Origin: Cetorhinus maximus
Taxonomy: Eukaryota
Reading direction: 5' to 3'
NCBI RefSeq assembly: GCF_964194155.1
Contig: NC_135888.1
Span: 96,658,001 to 96,722,000 of the forward strand
DNA length: 64,000 nt
In this document: positions 1 through 12,780 of the stretch, in pieces
Numbering within the stretch: the first letter of the stretch is position 1
Layout of the letters: each line of letters starts with the position of its first letter
Program-made: the position numbers and the translations under genes
Notes under the pieces: generated by a model
Told to the model about the DNA's origin: nothing
Seen by the model: only the letters and a program-made list of their open reading frames with translations
Database searches by the model: none

Positions 1-835
1 TGTGAGAACAAGTTCAGCCAGACGGAGGAGAGTAGTGGTGGATGGGGATTGTTGGGGCCTCTGTTCAAGGAAGAAGCTAAGGGCCCTCAGACCATCCTGG
101 TGGGGGATGGAGGTGTAGAGGGATTGGACATCCATGGTGAAGAGGAAGCGGTTGGGGCCAGGGAACTGGAAATTGTTGATGTGACGTAAGGTGTCAGAGG
201 AATCACGGATGTAGGTGGGAAGGGACTGGACAAGGGGAGAGAGAAGGGAGTCAAGATAACGAGAAATGAGTTCCGTGGGGCAGGAACAGGCTGACACGAT
301 CGGTCTGCCAGGACAGTTCTGTTTGTGGATTTTGGGTAGGAGGTAGAAGCGGGCCGTCCGAGGTTGGGCGACTATCAAGTTGGAAGCTGTGGGAGGAAGA
401 TCTCCAGAGGAGATGAGGTCAGTGACAGTCCTGGAAACAATGGCTTGATGTTCTGTGGTGGGGTCATGGTCCAGGGAGAGGTAGGAGGAAATGTCTGCGA
501 GTTGACGCTCAGCCTCCGCGAGGTAGAGGTCAATGCGCCAGACAACAACAGTACCACCCTTGTCAGCGGGTTTGATGACAATGTTGGGGTTGGACCTGAG
601 AGAACGGAGTGCAGTGAGTTCAGAGAGAGACAGATTAGAATGGGTGATAGGAGCAGAGAAATTGAGACGGCTAATGTCACGCCGACAGTTCTCAATGAAA
701 AGATCAAGAGAAAGTAAGAATCCAGAGAGAGGGGTCCAAATGGAGGGAGAATATTGGAGGTGGGTAAAAGGATCCGTTGAACGGGGAGAGGACTCCTGCC
801 CAAAGAAGTGAGCACGGAGACGAAGACGGCGGAAA
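1..835 (-). mobile_element. Penelope-like retroelement, reverse transcriptase region (5'-truncated, runs off left edge)
   Basis: Stop-free minus-strand frame: FRRLRLRAHFF...IVIKPADKGGTVVVW...RFYLLPKIHKQNCPGRPIVSACSCPTE...LFTMDVQSLYTSIPH...LAELVLT. ADKG, LPKIHK, RPIVS and DVxSLYT are Penelope RT motifs. The listed ORF 375..875 is another frame of it. Confidence 0.9.
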
Positions 836-2649
836 TGCCCGTTCTACACATTGCAATTAATTGTGCAACTTTCAAATTGTGGAAAGGAAAAAAAAACCAA
901 GATTTAAGTTAACAGCAAATATTCTCTTAAAGAGCTTTGGAAAATGGAAGGGGGATAAATAGTCAGTAGTATTATCAACATAGAACTGCAATTCCACCTT
1001 GCTGTTTTCCAAAAGCTTGCTGCAATCACCAAATCCTGAAACTTTGAATATCCACAAAGGAAAGTGTTGTGCAGCTCATAGGCAATTCCCCATAGTGAGG
1101 GAGAGAAAAAAAACTGATGTCGAAGGGATGAAGGTTGGCAAAAGCAGAGAACTGAGGCAGTCACCTGCTCACACTCTTGGTTGGAAAATTGTGTATGCAA
1201 AGGAAACCTAAAAATAATATAAATCAATGTGAAAGAAAAGCAGCATATTGGAGTTCAAGCACACTTTCCAGCCTGTGAACCCATAGTTTACGTTTTACTA
1301 CTACAGAGAAGCACTTAGTCTTCTGAGAAAGGAGATGGGAAAATAAAAAGAATTGGCATCATGCTGTGCCTTATGTCTACTGGAACCAAGCCAACAACAC
1401 CAGAAGTAGATCAGGGAACAATTTATTTGCCTGCTCTCTTGATCACACCTTGGTGAGGGAGGGTTGTGGGGGTGGTAACTGGAAGGAATTTTATACAATT
1501 CAAAAACGAGGGAATAAACAAAATCACTCATGTTTAACAAAAATCAAATTTCGCTCCCTATGTATGACCATACCGATTGGCTGCGAAAAGGATCTAATCA
1601 AAATGTCAAATTTGCTTACTAACCAACAGGAGAACAAGATACAAAACAATCTTTCAGGAGTCTCACATTAGCACCAACAAACGGTTAACAGGCATGTTAA
1701 CTATGCTGTGTCTAAATGATAGAAAAGAAAACACTTCCAAAAACATAAGGTGGGGTCTATATAGCTGTATAAATGATAACAATTTTTTCTAATTTGTGCA
1801 CTTCCAGTTTGAATCTAAAGGGCCCAGACCAATTATTTTCAATCATGCATCAGTCCGATAATGCTTCTGAAGTATCTTGCAGATGCAGAACTCCCATTTA
1901 TATATAAATACCAGGAAATATCAGGAGTATGAGTTCATGAAAAATAACAGCATACAATGGGGATATGCAAGGATATGAAAGTTACCATATTTCTTTATAT
2001 ACTAATACATTATGCTTGTTCTGGCCACAAGCAAGCAAGCCAAATTCCAGTGCTACAGTTTAAGCTGTGAGCATTCTTTACTCAGTGCAAAAGGCAGTGT
2101 TCAGAAGGTGACCAGGATCTCTTACGACCAGAAGCTTAACCTTGTATGTATTGTGAATATGACATAGCTTTCCTCACAGGTAACAGTCTACACTTTTACC
2201 ATTTGATTATACTGGAAACAATACAGGATGCACACTTAATACTTATGATTTCTCCAAGAAGCAAGAAAACACCACACAAATAGACCAAATATTTCAGGCT
2301 ACAATTACAAATTGTTTATTATACAAAATAAATTTACACAGCAGGTCAATCAATAGATAAAATTAGCAATTGTTCTGATTGATACGCGACTTTTTTTATG
2401 CCAAGGTAAGCAATTATGAAATTCTCATTCCTTTAACTGAGCCGTCACATTCATAGGGTTTACAGTGACCTGAAATGTATTAAACTGAAGAATTGGCCAA
2501 CAGCTTCCTGTATTTATCACAGCTGAAAGAGGCCTCAAAGCTTCACAGATACAAGGGAACATATTCTGTGCATGACACCATTAATTGAATAATGGTTCAC
2601 ACTTCATTGAGGCATTACATACCTAATTAATTCTTTGACAATTTATAAA

Positions 2650-3075
2650 CAAAAATATAAACAGAAAATGGTGGAACATCTGTAGAGAGAGAAGGTAGGT
2701 ATTCTAACAAAGGCCATCAACCTTAAACTGTAACAGAATTTCTTCCTTCCATAGATGCTGCCTGACTTGCTATAATAAAAACAGAAAATGCTGGAAAAAC
2801 TCAGCAGGTCTGGCAGCATCTGTGGAGAGAGAAACAGAGTTAATATTTTGAGTCCAATATGACTCTTCTTCAGAAGAAAAGTCATATTGGACTCGAAACA
2901 TTAACTCTGTTTCTCTTTCCACAGATGTTGTCAGACCTGCCGAGTTTTTCCACTGTTTTTATTTCAGATCTCCAGCATCTGCAGTATTCTGCTTTTATTT
3001 TACTGCCTGATCTTCTGTGCTTCCAACATAGTGTTTTTTTACAGATTATCAGCATCTGCAGTATCCTGATTTCTG
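2650..3075. mobile_element. Penelope-terminus-derived inverted-repeat element (~2774-3000), apparently nested in an older copy of the same family
   Basis: Arm aaaacagaaaatgctggaaaaactcagcaggtctggcagcatctgtggagagagaaacagagttaat...gactc is mirrored by gtcatattggactcgaaacattaactctgtttctctttccacagatgttgtcagacctgccgagtttttcc. It matches the 3' end of the Penelope copy at 7435-7571. Confidence 0.8.
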
Positions 3076-6000
3076 AATTATAAACAGATTGTGAGAAAAA
3101 CATTCTGCACCTGACTAATTTGAAAATCAGAGCACCTAGTTTGGGTCCTCCAGAGTTTAACATTTTAATGGCACAACCATCAATAATTCTCTAAAATCTG
3201 GCAGACTGAAACCTACTGCCTTTCAACCATCCACAACTTGATTAGCTATAGTTCATAATGGATCAATCAGAAGTCCACATTCAGGACAGAATTATTGTTG
3301 CCTCAGGTGGGCCAATAGTTTGGGACCAAAGTCACCCTCAGTGTCCCTGAATTAGGAGTGCAAGTCCCTCTCCCAGTAACACTGAGGATGATTGTGGTGC
3401 CACACCAATTTACTGTCTGAGAATAGCTCAATCAACACGTGGCAGTTATCAAACATGAGATCTTTCTGGTCTGTATGACTCGGTACCAATCACACAAACT
3501 GTTTACTTACTGGGCTATCTGAAGAATGTTCAAGCTATTTTTTCTACTATTTTAATGAGTACGAATGAAAAGTTTACTTTTGCACCTTCAGCTGAATTTC
3601 ATATGCACTATTCATGCTGGCACATGAGCCCTCAGATTCACTAATATCTTGAACACCAGGTGCTCCTGTTGGTCTTTCAATTTACAAAACTACACCAACA
3701 GAAAAATAAATACTTGTTCAATTAGATCAATGCTGTAGGTGATAAAGAAGTTTCAATCAAATACAGCTCTTATTAAAAATGAAGCCACCCACCATTGCAA
3801 AAGAAGTGCATTATTTTGTTGCATCATTTAATTTACAATTCATCATACATTTTGTCATTGTTTGATTTACAGAACATATGCATTTCATTGTTTGTGGTAC
3901 ATTTATCAACTGAAAAAATGTCTACTAACTTTTCATAAAATATTGTAATAATCGCTATAATAAATTAAGACCTGATAAATTACTTTTCAAATCCTGTCTG
4001 TCCTTTTGCTATCTACCCCTCCAATCCTTGAATATAGCCCTGGTATGTTCATACAGATTAACGCAATGAAGCATCATTTTCTTAGTATAGCTACAATGAT
4101 GTAATCTTCTCTCTGAATAGAATCTTCCCAATTGGAGTGCAGCCAAGGAAGATGACAAGTACATCAACTTCATATTATGTTTCGTAACATTTGTTGCAAC
4201 TCTATATCCCTCTAGATGTTCTGCAGCTTTCACTAACTCCCTAGTTTATTTATTTGTTTTAATTTTTCTTCTCCCCACACTTTTACTTCCCACTTTCAAT
4301 TAATCAGGAGTAGGGCATTGCCATAGAAACCATCAACTGGACAGTGATCGATCCATAAGGAGGGATGACACATATGCATTCTTCCTCCCTGCCAATTTCT
4401 TTCCTCCATAAACTAACTGAACGTCCAACTAAAAGTTCCACTTCAAAAAGGAGAGTGCTTCAATCTGCATTAGTATAACAACTCTAAACCTGTAATGCAT
4501 GCGACCATCATAGAGTGGTCACAAAACAAAAAAAAAACTTGTATTTATTTAGCACTTTTCACAACCACCAGCCATCTCAAAATGATTTACAGTTATTGAA
4601 GTGTTTTTTGAAGTGGTCAAGTGTAGTGAAGAAAGCTGCTTCTTCAGGTTCTATAAATCATGCAAAAAGGCAAAATACTATAAAAATCAAATATACAAGC
4701 ATCCAAGTGGTGCTGTAAAGGTCCTGTTTTTGCGACTGCAAAATGTTATTTTATTCTTGCACACAATTTTGAATTTGTACTACCATTTAATGTTCAAAAA
4801 GATACGATTACACTATAAACAGAATATTCAGAAGTTAGTCCTTCAAATGAAGTGAAAAGGCATTTAAAAGGTTGTTAATGAAATTTAATGAAACGCTTTC
4901 ATTTGACAAGTTAATTTTCATAAAGACAGGGTTTCAGGCACTGGCAGAAGATATATCCTCCTCATGCACATGGGCTTAAACTTAAACAGCTAGCAGCTTA
5001 AAACACTTACAGAAGTCAGCTTTTCCTGAGAACAGTTATTTCTTTATTCATGTCGGCTTCAGTGTTCATTATTTATGGACACAATGTCACATCCTTAGTT
5101 CCAGCATGCTCATTCTTTAAACAGGAACTAAGTTTGTAATGAGAGGAAGCCTCTTATCATATCTATTTAAATGTAGACAGTATTTTGCATTCCCATTGTT
5201 TGTGTGCTAAAAGGTATGCAAATAATCTACAGAGAATATAAAAATAAAACGTACCTGCCCTAGGATATGTTGGAAAACAATGAAAATAACTATAGCTGCA
5301 ACTGAATTCAATGTCTGGAACTGGAACATACTTCCTAAAGCTGATAAACACTCTTTAAAAAAAACTAGACCAGGCAGGATATACTCAAACAATACCAATC
5401 AAAAGGTATCAATTAAGAGTTTGTAATCACATTTTAGCATTTCGACCAACATGTCTTTAGCTTGTAGCCCAAAGCATAAGAATTTTTTTGTCCTTAGGAA
5501 GGTGAAGGATGCTAATAGTAAGCATTGGGACGATTTAAGTGTTATAAATCTACTGTCAGCATCAAACATTCAACCAGCCAAGATACAGCATAGCTAAGTA
5601 CAGAACTTCTTCCACAATTCCTCAAAAATGGGGATCAACTGCAAGCTCAGAAAAAAAAACATTCTGTTCCAATATCCTATTTTCCTATCCCCACAGCTGC
5701 AAACAACATTGTCATCACTTAGCATCAAATTATAGACAATTTTGTCATTTGGGTCCACACCCACATTGTGTTAAAACTACCCAAAAACTCATTTCAACTA
5801 GCCATTCTTACAGACATTCATATCCTCTGTCTCAATATGAACCCAGATTTTTATTGACAGAACAGTCTAGCACAACCTAAGTTCCATATTTTTATTCTGT
5901 CATTTGTTGCCCATCTCTAATTGTCCTTGATTTGAGTGGCTTGCTAGGCCATATTAGAGGACAGTTAACTGTCTGTGAGGAGAGAACAGTTAAGACCAGG

Positions 6001-6415
6001 TAAGGGTGGCAGATTTCCTTCCCTAAAAGGCATAGAAAACTAGACTAGCTTTTAATTCCAGATTTTTCCCAGGCACTAGCCTCCGCCTCCAGATTTCTAT
6101 TCCAGTGACATTACCGCTATGCCATCGCCTCCCCATGGGAGGGCTTATTGAAATATTTTTATTTGGAGTGGACATGTGCAGCTTCTCCAGATGGCTTCAG
6201 ACGCAAACATACATCTCTACTTCAATACCTGCAAGTTGTTCACATACTAAAATTCTCTTTCATTCTTTTTACATTTTACAATGTGGATTATTGTGAGGTA
6301 ATATAGAGAAGATATAGTTTCCTTTATATTAGCTACAAAGATAAATTTCAATACCACTTCTAGCTGAAGTGACTGGTACAACCATGACAAGTTGTGCACA
6401 ACTGGGAATCAATGA

Positions 6416-7571
6416 CCCCTTGTCCTCACTTATCACCCCACCAGCCTCCGCATTCAAAGGATCATCCTCCGCCATTTCCGCCAACTCCAGCATGATGCCA
6501 CCGCCAAATGCATCTTCCCTTCACCCCCCTGTCGGCATTCCGTAGGGACCGTTCTCTCCAGGACACCCTGGTCCACTCCTCCATCACCCCCTACACCTCA
6601 ACCCCCTCCCACGGCACCTTCCAATGCAACCGCAGAAGGTGCAACACCTGCCCCTTTACTTCCCCCCTCCTCACCATCCAAGGGCCCAAACCCTCCTTTC
6701 AAGTGAAGCAGCATTTCACTTGCACTTCCCTCAATTTAATCTACAGCATTCGTTGCTCCCAATGCGGTTTCCTCTACATTGGAGAGACGAAACGCGGACT
6801 GGGTGACCGCTTTGCGGAACACCTTCAGTCTGTCCCCAAGCATGACCCAGACCTCCCTGTCGCTTGCCATTTTAACACACCACCCTGCTCTCATGCCCAT
6901 ATGTCCGTCCTTGGCCTGCTACAATGTTCCAGTGAAGCTCAACGCAAACTGGAGGAACAGCACCTCATCTTCCAATTAGGCACCTTACAGCCTTCCGGAC
7001 TTAACATTGAGTTCAACAACTTCAGATCATGAACTCTCTCCTCCATCCCCACCCCCTTTCCGATCCCCCTTTTTTCTAATAATTTATATATCTTTTTAAT
7101 ATTATTTTTCTTTTCGCACCTATTTCTATTATTATTTTTCAATTTATTTCCATCCATTTTTTTACCTCCACCTTTCAGCCTATTTCGATCCCTTCCCCCT
7201 ACCCCACCCTCACTAGGGCCATCTGTCACTTCCTCGTCCTGCTTTCTACCCTTAATGTCACCATCAGCACATCCTTTAGCTAATATCACCACCATCTGCA
7301 CTCCTTTGTCCTTTTGTCTATGACATCTTTGGCAATCTCTTCTTTGCCTTCACCTATCACTGGCCCTCTATCCAGCTCCACCTGTCCCACCCCCCTCAAA
7401 CAGCATATATTTCACTTCATTTCTATTTTTCTTTAGTTCTGATGAAGAGTCATACGGACTCAAAACGTTGACACTGTCTTCCTCTCCACAGATGCTATCA
7501 GACCTGCTGAGTTTTTCCAGCTATTTTTGTTTTTGTTTCAAGATTTCCAGTATCCACAGTATTTTGCTTTT
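6416..7571 (+). mobile_element. Penelope-like element 3' part: GIY-YIG endonuclease plus terminal repeat
   Basis: ORF 6508..7032 contains CNRRRCNTC...IYSIRCSQCGFLYIGETKRGLGDRFAEH...PVACHFN...GLNIEF (GIY-YIG with the PLE cysteine motif). The tail carries ctgatga-gagtc/gactc-aaaacgtt. It is flanked by a near-perfect direct repeat aatcaatga (6407-6415) / aatcaacga (7572-7580). Confidence 0.92.
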
Positions 7572-8139
7572 AATCAACGATCTGTCCTTGTTAGCCGTAA
7601 CACACATCAGCAGAGAAAAAAGTATGAACTTGAGATAAGTAATTGATACAACTCTGTACATTCCAAAACGACACACTCCAGCATATTTTAAAATAGTACT
7701 AAATCTCAGGGTTGAGTTGATATTATTTCAACAGTTTGCAGTATTATTACCAGTGAAATACTATCCCCCCGGTCGCCCACAGGCCCCAACCCCACCATGG
7801 CAAATCCCCACCCAAGTGGCCATATTTCATTTGTGAGCTCAGGCCAAACATACTAGCAATTCAATGGTATTAAGCATCACAACCAAGCTCACTCTTATTT
7901 TAAATTGACATATACATCCACATACTTTACAGCAATTAGGAACTGGATGCACGGCAGCGTTTTATTCCCCTTTCATTCCCATACCCCCAACATTTCTAGT
8001 CAAGGAGGCCCATTATAATGCCACGTGCTACCCTAGTTAGAATCTTCTAACTCAAACAAAGAAAAGGAATTGAGCCTTGAGACATTTAATCTTATGACTT
8101 ACTGCTACACTGGCTACTATCCTCACCTCTACTGGAAAG

Positions 8140-9840
8140 TATCCCCATGATCCCAACTGAATTTAGTTTCAGTTCATACTCAGCTGAATGCAGCTTTGAT
8201 ATCAAAGGCAATTACTCTAACCTCACCCCTGAAATCCAGCTCATGCCAATGATTGGGCCATGGCTTTAATGAGGTCTAGAGCTGAGCAGTCCCAGCAGAA
8301 CCCAAACTGACCATCATGTCATTGCAAATTATAGCAAGTTATATGTAAGTAAGTGGTACTTGATAGTACAGTTGACAATTCCTTCCATCACTCTGTTGAT
8401 TATTGGGAGTAAACTGATAAGGTTGACAATTGGTCAAGTTTATTCTTTTTGCAAACAGGACTGCCTAGGCAATCATACGCATTATCGAGTAGATGCCAGC
8501 GTTGCAGCTGTGTTGTTAGTTAGGACCATGCCTAGTTCTGGAGCACAAGTCTTCAGCACTACTATCAGAATGTTGTCAAGGCCAGTAGCCATTGCTCTGT
8601 CCAATGCACTCAGCTGTTTCTTGATGTCAAATGGGGTGAATCAAATTAGGTGAGGACAGGCATGAGATGTGAACCTCTGTGGTGGTACTGAGAACAATCA
8701 TTCCTCGTCACCTCTAACTGAAGATAGTTCCAACTCACATGCTGGACTCTGCCACCATTTAGGATGGGATATTCATAGAGCTTACTCCTCTTGTTAGTTA
8801 CTTAATTAAAGACTATCATTCACAATTGGGCATGGCAGAGTTGTAGAACCTTGGCCAGGTCAACTGGTTGTCAGATCACTTGGCTCTGTATATTGCATGC
8901 TGATTTTGTTGTTTAGTATCCATGTAGTCTTGTGCTATAGCTTGAGTTGCTGGCACCTCATTTTTAGATATGCTTGGTGCGACTGTTGCATGCTATTCTG
9001 AACTCCTCATCGAACCAGTTTGGTCATCTGGTTTGATTGATGATAGAGGACTGAGGGGTATGCCAGGATATGAGTTATAGATTGTGGTGAAATACAATTC
9101 TGCTGCTGCTAATGGATAACAACGCCTTCTGGACTCCCAGCTTTGAGCTGCTAGATCTGTTCTTAATCTATCCAATTTAGCATGGTGGTAATGCCGCACA
9201 ATGGAGCATGTCCTCAGTGTGAAGACAGGACCTGGTCTCCACAAAGACTATGCAGTGCTCAGTCCTACCAATACCATCACAAAAAGTAGCATACACAACA
9301 GACTAACGAGGTCAAGGTCTTAGGTTATTCCCTTGTGCTGCTGCTCTCAACATTTACTGAAAGCCCTACCAAGCAGCTATGTCATTCAGGACTCAGGACT
9401 GCCTAGTCAGTCTTGGTGACAGACATTAACGCTTCCCCCACCTACAATGCATTTGGTGTCCTTGCTATCCTCAATGTTCCTCCCAAATATTGATTCATCA
9501 GCTGAGGAAGGGCAGTAAGTGGTATTCAACAGGTCTCCTTTCCCATATTTGACCTGAATCTATGAGATTTCATGAGCTTTAGAGTAAATGATAAAGATTC
9601 ATAAGGCCATTTCCCTCAAACTGTATAGAACTGCACACTTCTAGGGATCTGTGCTGTCGATGGAACAGGATGTATGAAGGAATGTTGATGGGATGAACCT
9701 GGAATGTAGAGTTATAGGTGCCATTGACCATGACAGACTGTTGCTTGATTAGTGTGTGGGACATCTCTTCCAACTTTGGCACCAATCCACAGATGTCAGT
9801 AATGAGGATTTTGCATAGTGCATTGAGCTATCGAGCCTTT
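8140..9840 (-). mobile_element. Degenerate CR1-clade LINE fragment (endonuclease/RT)
   Basis: Reverse-complement similarity to the 31553-33592 LINE. ORF 8993..9244 contains HYHHAKLDRLRTDLAAQSWES, typical of this family; many stops. Confidence 0.7.
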
Positions 9841-10469
9841 ATTGTGCCCTGATTCAATGCCTAAATCTCAGCCAAGTGCAGTGTGCAGTTTTGCATCAAA
9901 TTACAAGAAAGAGAAAGAACTAAATGGCTTTCCAGGTCATTTCAGAAGGCAGTTTAAGAGCCAAGAGCAATGGTGTTGGGCTGGTCACAAAAAAGCCAGA
10001 CAGAGTAAGGACAGCAGGTCTCCATCTCTAAAGGCATTAGTGAACCAGTTCGGTTTTTGCAACAATCCAACAGCTTCACGGTCACGTTTACTGGTACCAA
10101 TGTTATACTTCCAAATTTTAATTTCTTGTAATAAATTTGAATTGTTTAGACATTATATTTTCTACAGTTTGCCATACCTATTGCACATCTCCTGTTAAGA
10201 AGATCTAGTGTGAAGTCCCTGTAAATCCTGCTCTCCACCAAGAGATGCGCAAGAAAGCGCATAAATGGTCCACTAATTTTCCCCATTCCTGCCATGAAAT
10301 ACCTATTCTCTTCTCAGCAGCACAGTTTGCTAGGTTCTTGTTCAAAATGTTGCAATGTACAAGAAAAACCAAAAAAGGGAGAAAACTTTTAAAAAGATAC
10401 AGTAGGATGGAGCATAGCTGGTCTCCTAATGTTAATTCCATTCTAGGAGATCAAGATAATATTACTTAC

Positions 10470-10636
10470 ATTCTACCAACACCTTCATACATGCGTGCTT
10501 CTTGGGGCATTGCAGATATCTCTCCATCTGTTAAATGTGCATGTTTCTTGGTCCTATTTAATTGTTCAATCTGCAAATCTGCAAGTTTCACCTTCTGTTG
10601 CGTATCAAGCACCTTAGTCTGCAATTCAGCAAAAGC
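10470..10636 (-). CDS. PFDN1: Prefoldin subunit 1, coding exon 2 (167 nt)
   Basis: AFAELQTKVLDTQQKVKLADLQIEQLNRTKKHAHLTDGEISAMPQEARMYEGVGRM matches vertebrate PFDN1. Acceptor tttcctcag and donor GTAAGT; phase 0 joins exon 1. Confidence 0.97.
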
Positions 10637-12615
10637 CTGAGGAAAGTACACAAGAATGAATTTGAAGTGTGACTGTAATTGGTCTGAAAGTCAATATCAA
10701 CATTATTTATTAAATTTACAGATTAAGATATTATCATGTTTTAAGATGTACAATGGGCCTGATTTTAACTCTGTGTAAGTGAATAGATTTTGAGCAAGTT
10801 AAAATCTTGTCTGCCCATAATTTTCTTGCTATCAACTTGATTATTTCTCTGTAAACTTACAGTAGCCAAGTCAAAAATACCTTTACGACTTGAATGTCAC
10901 ATGATGTTACTCTGAACTTTCAGCTTTTCAAAGAAATTCACGAGGAATTGAACATGATTCCAAGAATCAATTATTTTCTTTTCATGAATCTCTAAACATC
11001 AACACAAATTACTTTGAGCACATCTAGCAGGTTCTACGTATTCTTACTTTCTGTGGAAAATATCCACCCCTCCCCCCAACCACCTCAATTTAATTCAGCA
11101 AAAGTCCTACTGTCACAGACAGAATGTACTTGCTCTCTTACTGCCTGTAATCAGTATGATTTGTATGGAAAGAGGTATTTCTTTTCTTAGACTTGGAGTG
11201 TGTAATGCAATTAAATAATTCAGAAGCAAGCTTTTCTGAGTTTAAAATAAAGGTTATTTATTCTCACACATTTACTCCAAATTAACATGTCACACACTCA
11301 GTCTCATGCACGCACACACATACATCTACATGAAGATTGGATATAGATAAATTTAGTGCACATTTACAGGTTACAGTTGATTCAGTCCTATATTTACGAC
11401 TTCTGATCTCCCATGTGACATGCCTGTGGATTCTTGAATGATTGGATGATATAAAGTTGAAATGAGGGCCTTGTAAAGTGAAGGGTTCACAGCAGGTTAT
11501 GAGGTTTCTTGTAGCTGAATGTCTAGGAGGTTGGTTCTGAGGTGAACTTTGAAACTGGAACAGGTTAAAGGCTTTGGCCACTTGATGACTTGCAGCTAGT
11601 TTAAGACTGACTGATGATTCTGATGGATCTGCTGATCCTGGGGTAATAAGGATGTAGTCCCTGAAACCAGTTTCAATTACATGGCCACTAGGTTAACACT
11701 TATAAGGTCCACCCAGTCTAGTTTGGATGGGGAAAGCAATGGGATACAATGGGAAGTTGATAGCAGCCATTAAATTTTGATCTTTCCTTTTGTCCAGTAT
11801 AAAACATGGAGACAGGCAGTCTGGAAACTACACAGTCTTTAGGTGTTAGCCCATCCTTAAACAATGAAATGTGTGAATGCCACAAATAGCTGTGAGGTAC
11901 CCTCACTTGTGCCCATAATTAATTAGATGTTAGCCAGAGGCTTAATACTGTCTGTAGTCCAAATGCCAAAAGTCACATAATTTGTAGCAGCCATCTTAAC
12001 AGCTTGTTTGTGTCCAGTTTTAAAAAGTATTGACTGAAAGTTCATAATATGACATGCCTGTATTGGGCACGGGATGCCTCCACTGCACAGGGAAAAAATT
12101 GAATTTTAAGACTTTTTTTTAAACATGATTTCCCTGTGAAGCAAGAGAAAATATACACATACATTCTGCACACAATCTCACATTCACACAGGAATCTAGT
12201 ACTGCTATAGTTTTCCCTGTCTGTTGCATTCTCTTGCTGGCTTATATTCTGGATAGCATGTCAGCAATGACATTTTTCTTTCCAGCAATGTGTGTAATCT
12301 TTAGATTAAAAGACTCAAGAGTAAGCTCTATCGGAACAATCTGGCATTGGTCATTTTAAATTTTTCTAGGAACTTTGAAAGATTACGGTCTGTGTATATT
12401 AGACTCTCTCGGTGCCCATTGCTAAGATAGACCCTGAAGTGCTGTAAAGCTAACAAAAGTAACAAAAAGACATTTACTTCTTAAGGGACAGTACAAATGA
12501 GTAGAACAGCTCTAGATATGTTTAGGTTTTCAATTCACATTCATTTAAAGGATGTATTTGCTTAAACAGTTTAATGTCTAAGTTTACAATGGCCATTGAA
12601 ATACAAGGTTATAGC

Positions 12616-12780
12616 TTCAGTCTGTGACCTTTCATCAGAACTTGAGTTCTGATGAAAGGTCAGACCTGAAATGTTAACTTGGTTTCTCCCTCCACAGATG
12701 CTGCCAGACCTGCTGAGTATGTCCAGCATTTTCTGTTTTTATTTCAGGTTTCCAGCATCCATGGTATTTCGCTTCTTTGT
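12616..12780 (+). mobile_element. Penelope-terminus-derived element with a short inverted 5' arm and hammerhead core
   Basis: gacctttcatcagaac-ttga-gttctgatgaaaggtcagacctgaaatgttaact...ccacagatgctgccagacctgctgagt. Confidence 0.8.

Noticed and set aside
364-875. ORFs 364..717, 375..875 and 533..811 as host genes
   Set aside because: They are alternative or antisense frames of the Penelope RT.
836-10469. PFDN1 exons 3-4
   Set aside because: No FILQSK...KIKELE-like exon was found by eye; probably beyond the left edge.
10245-10640. 131-aa plus-strand ORF
   Set aside because: Antisense to PFDN1 exon 2 with no recognisable motifs.
11200-12090. Possible solo LTR on the minus strand
   Set aside because: LTR-like composition, but I could not fix termini or a TSD.
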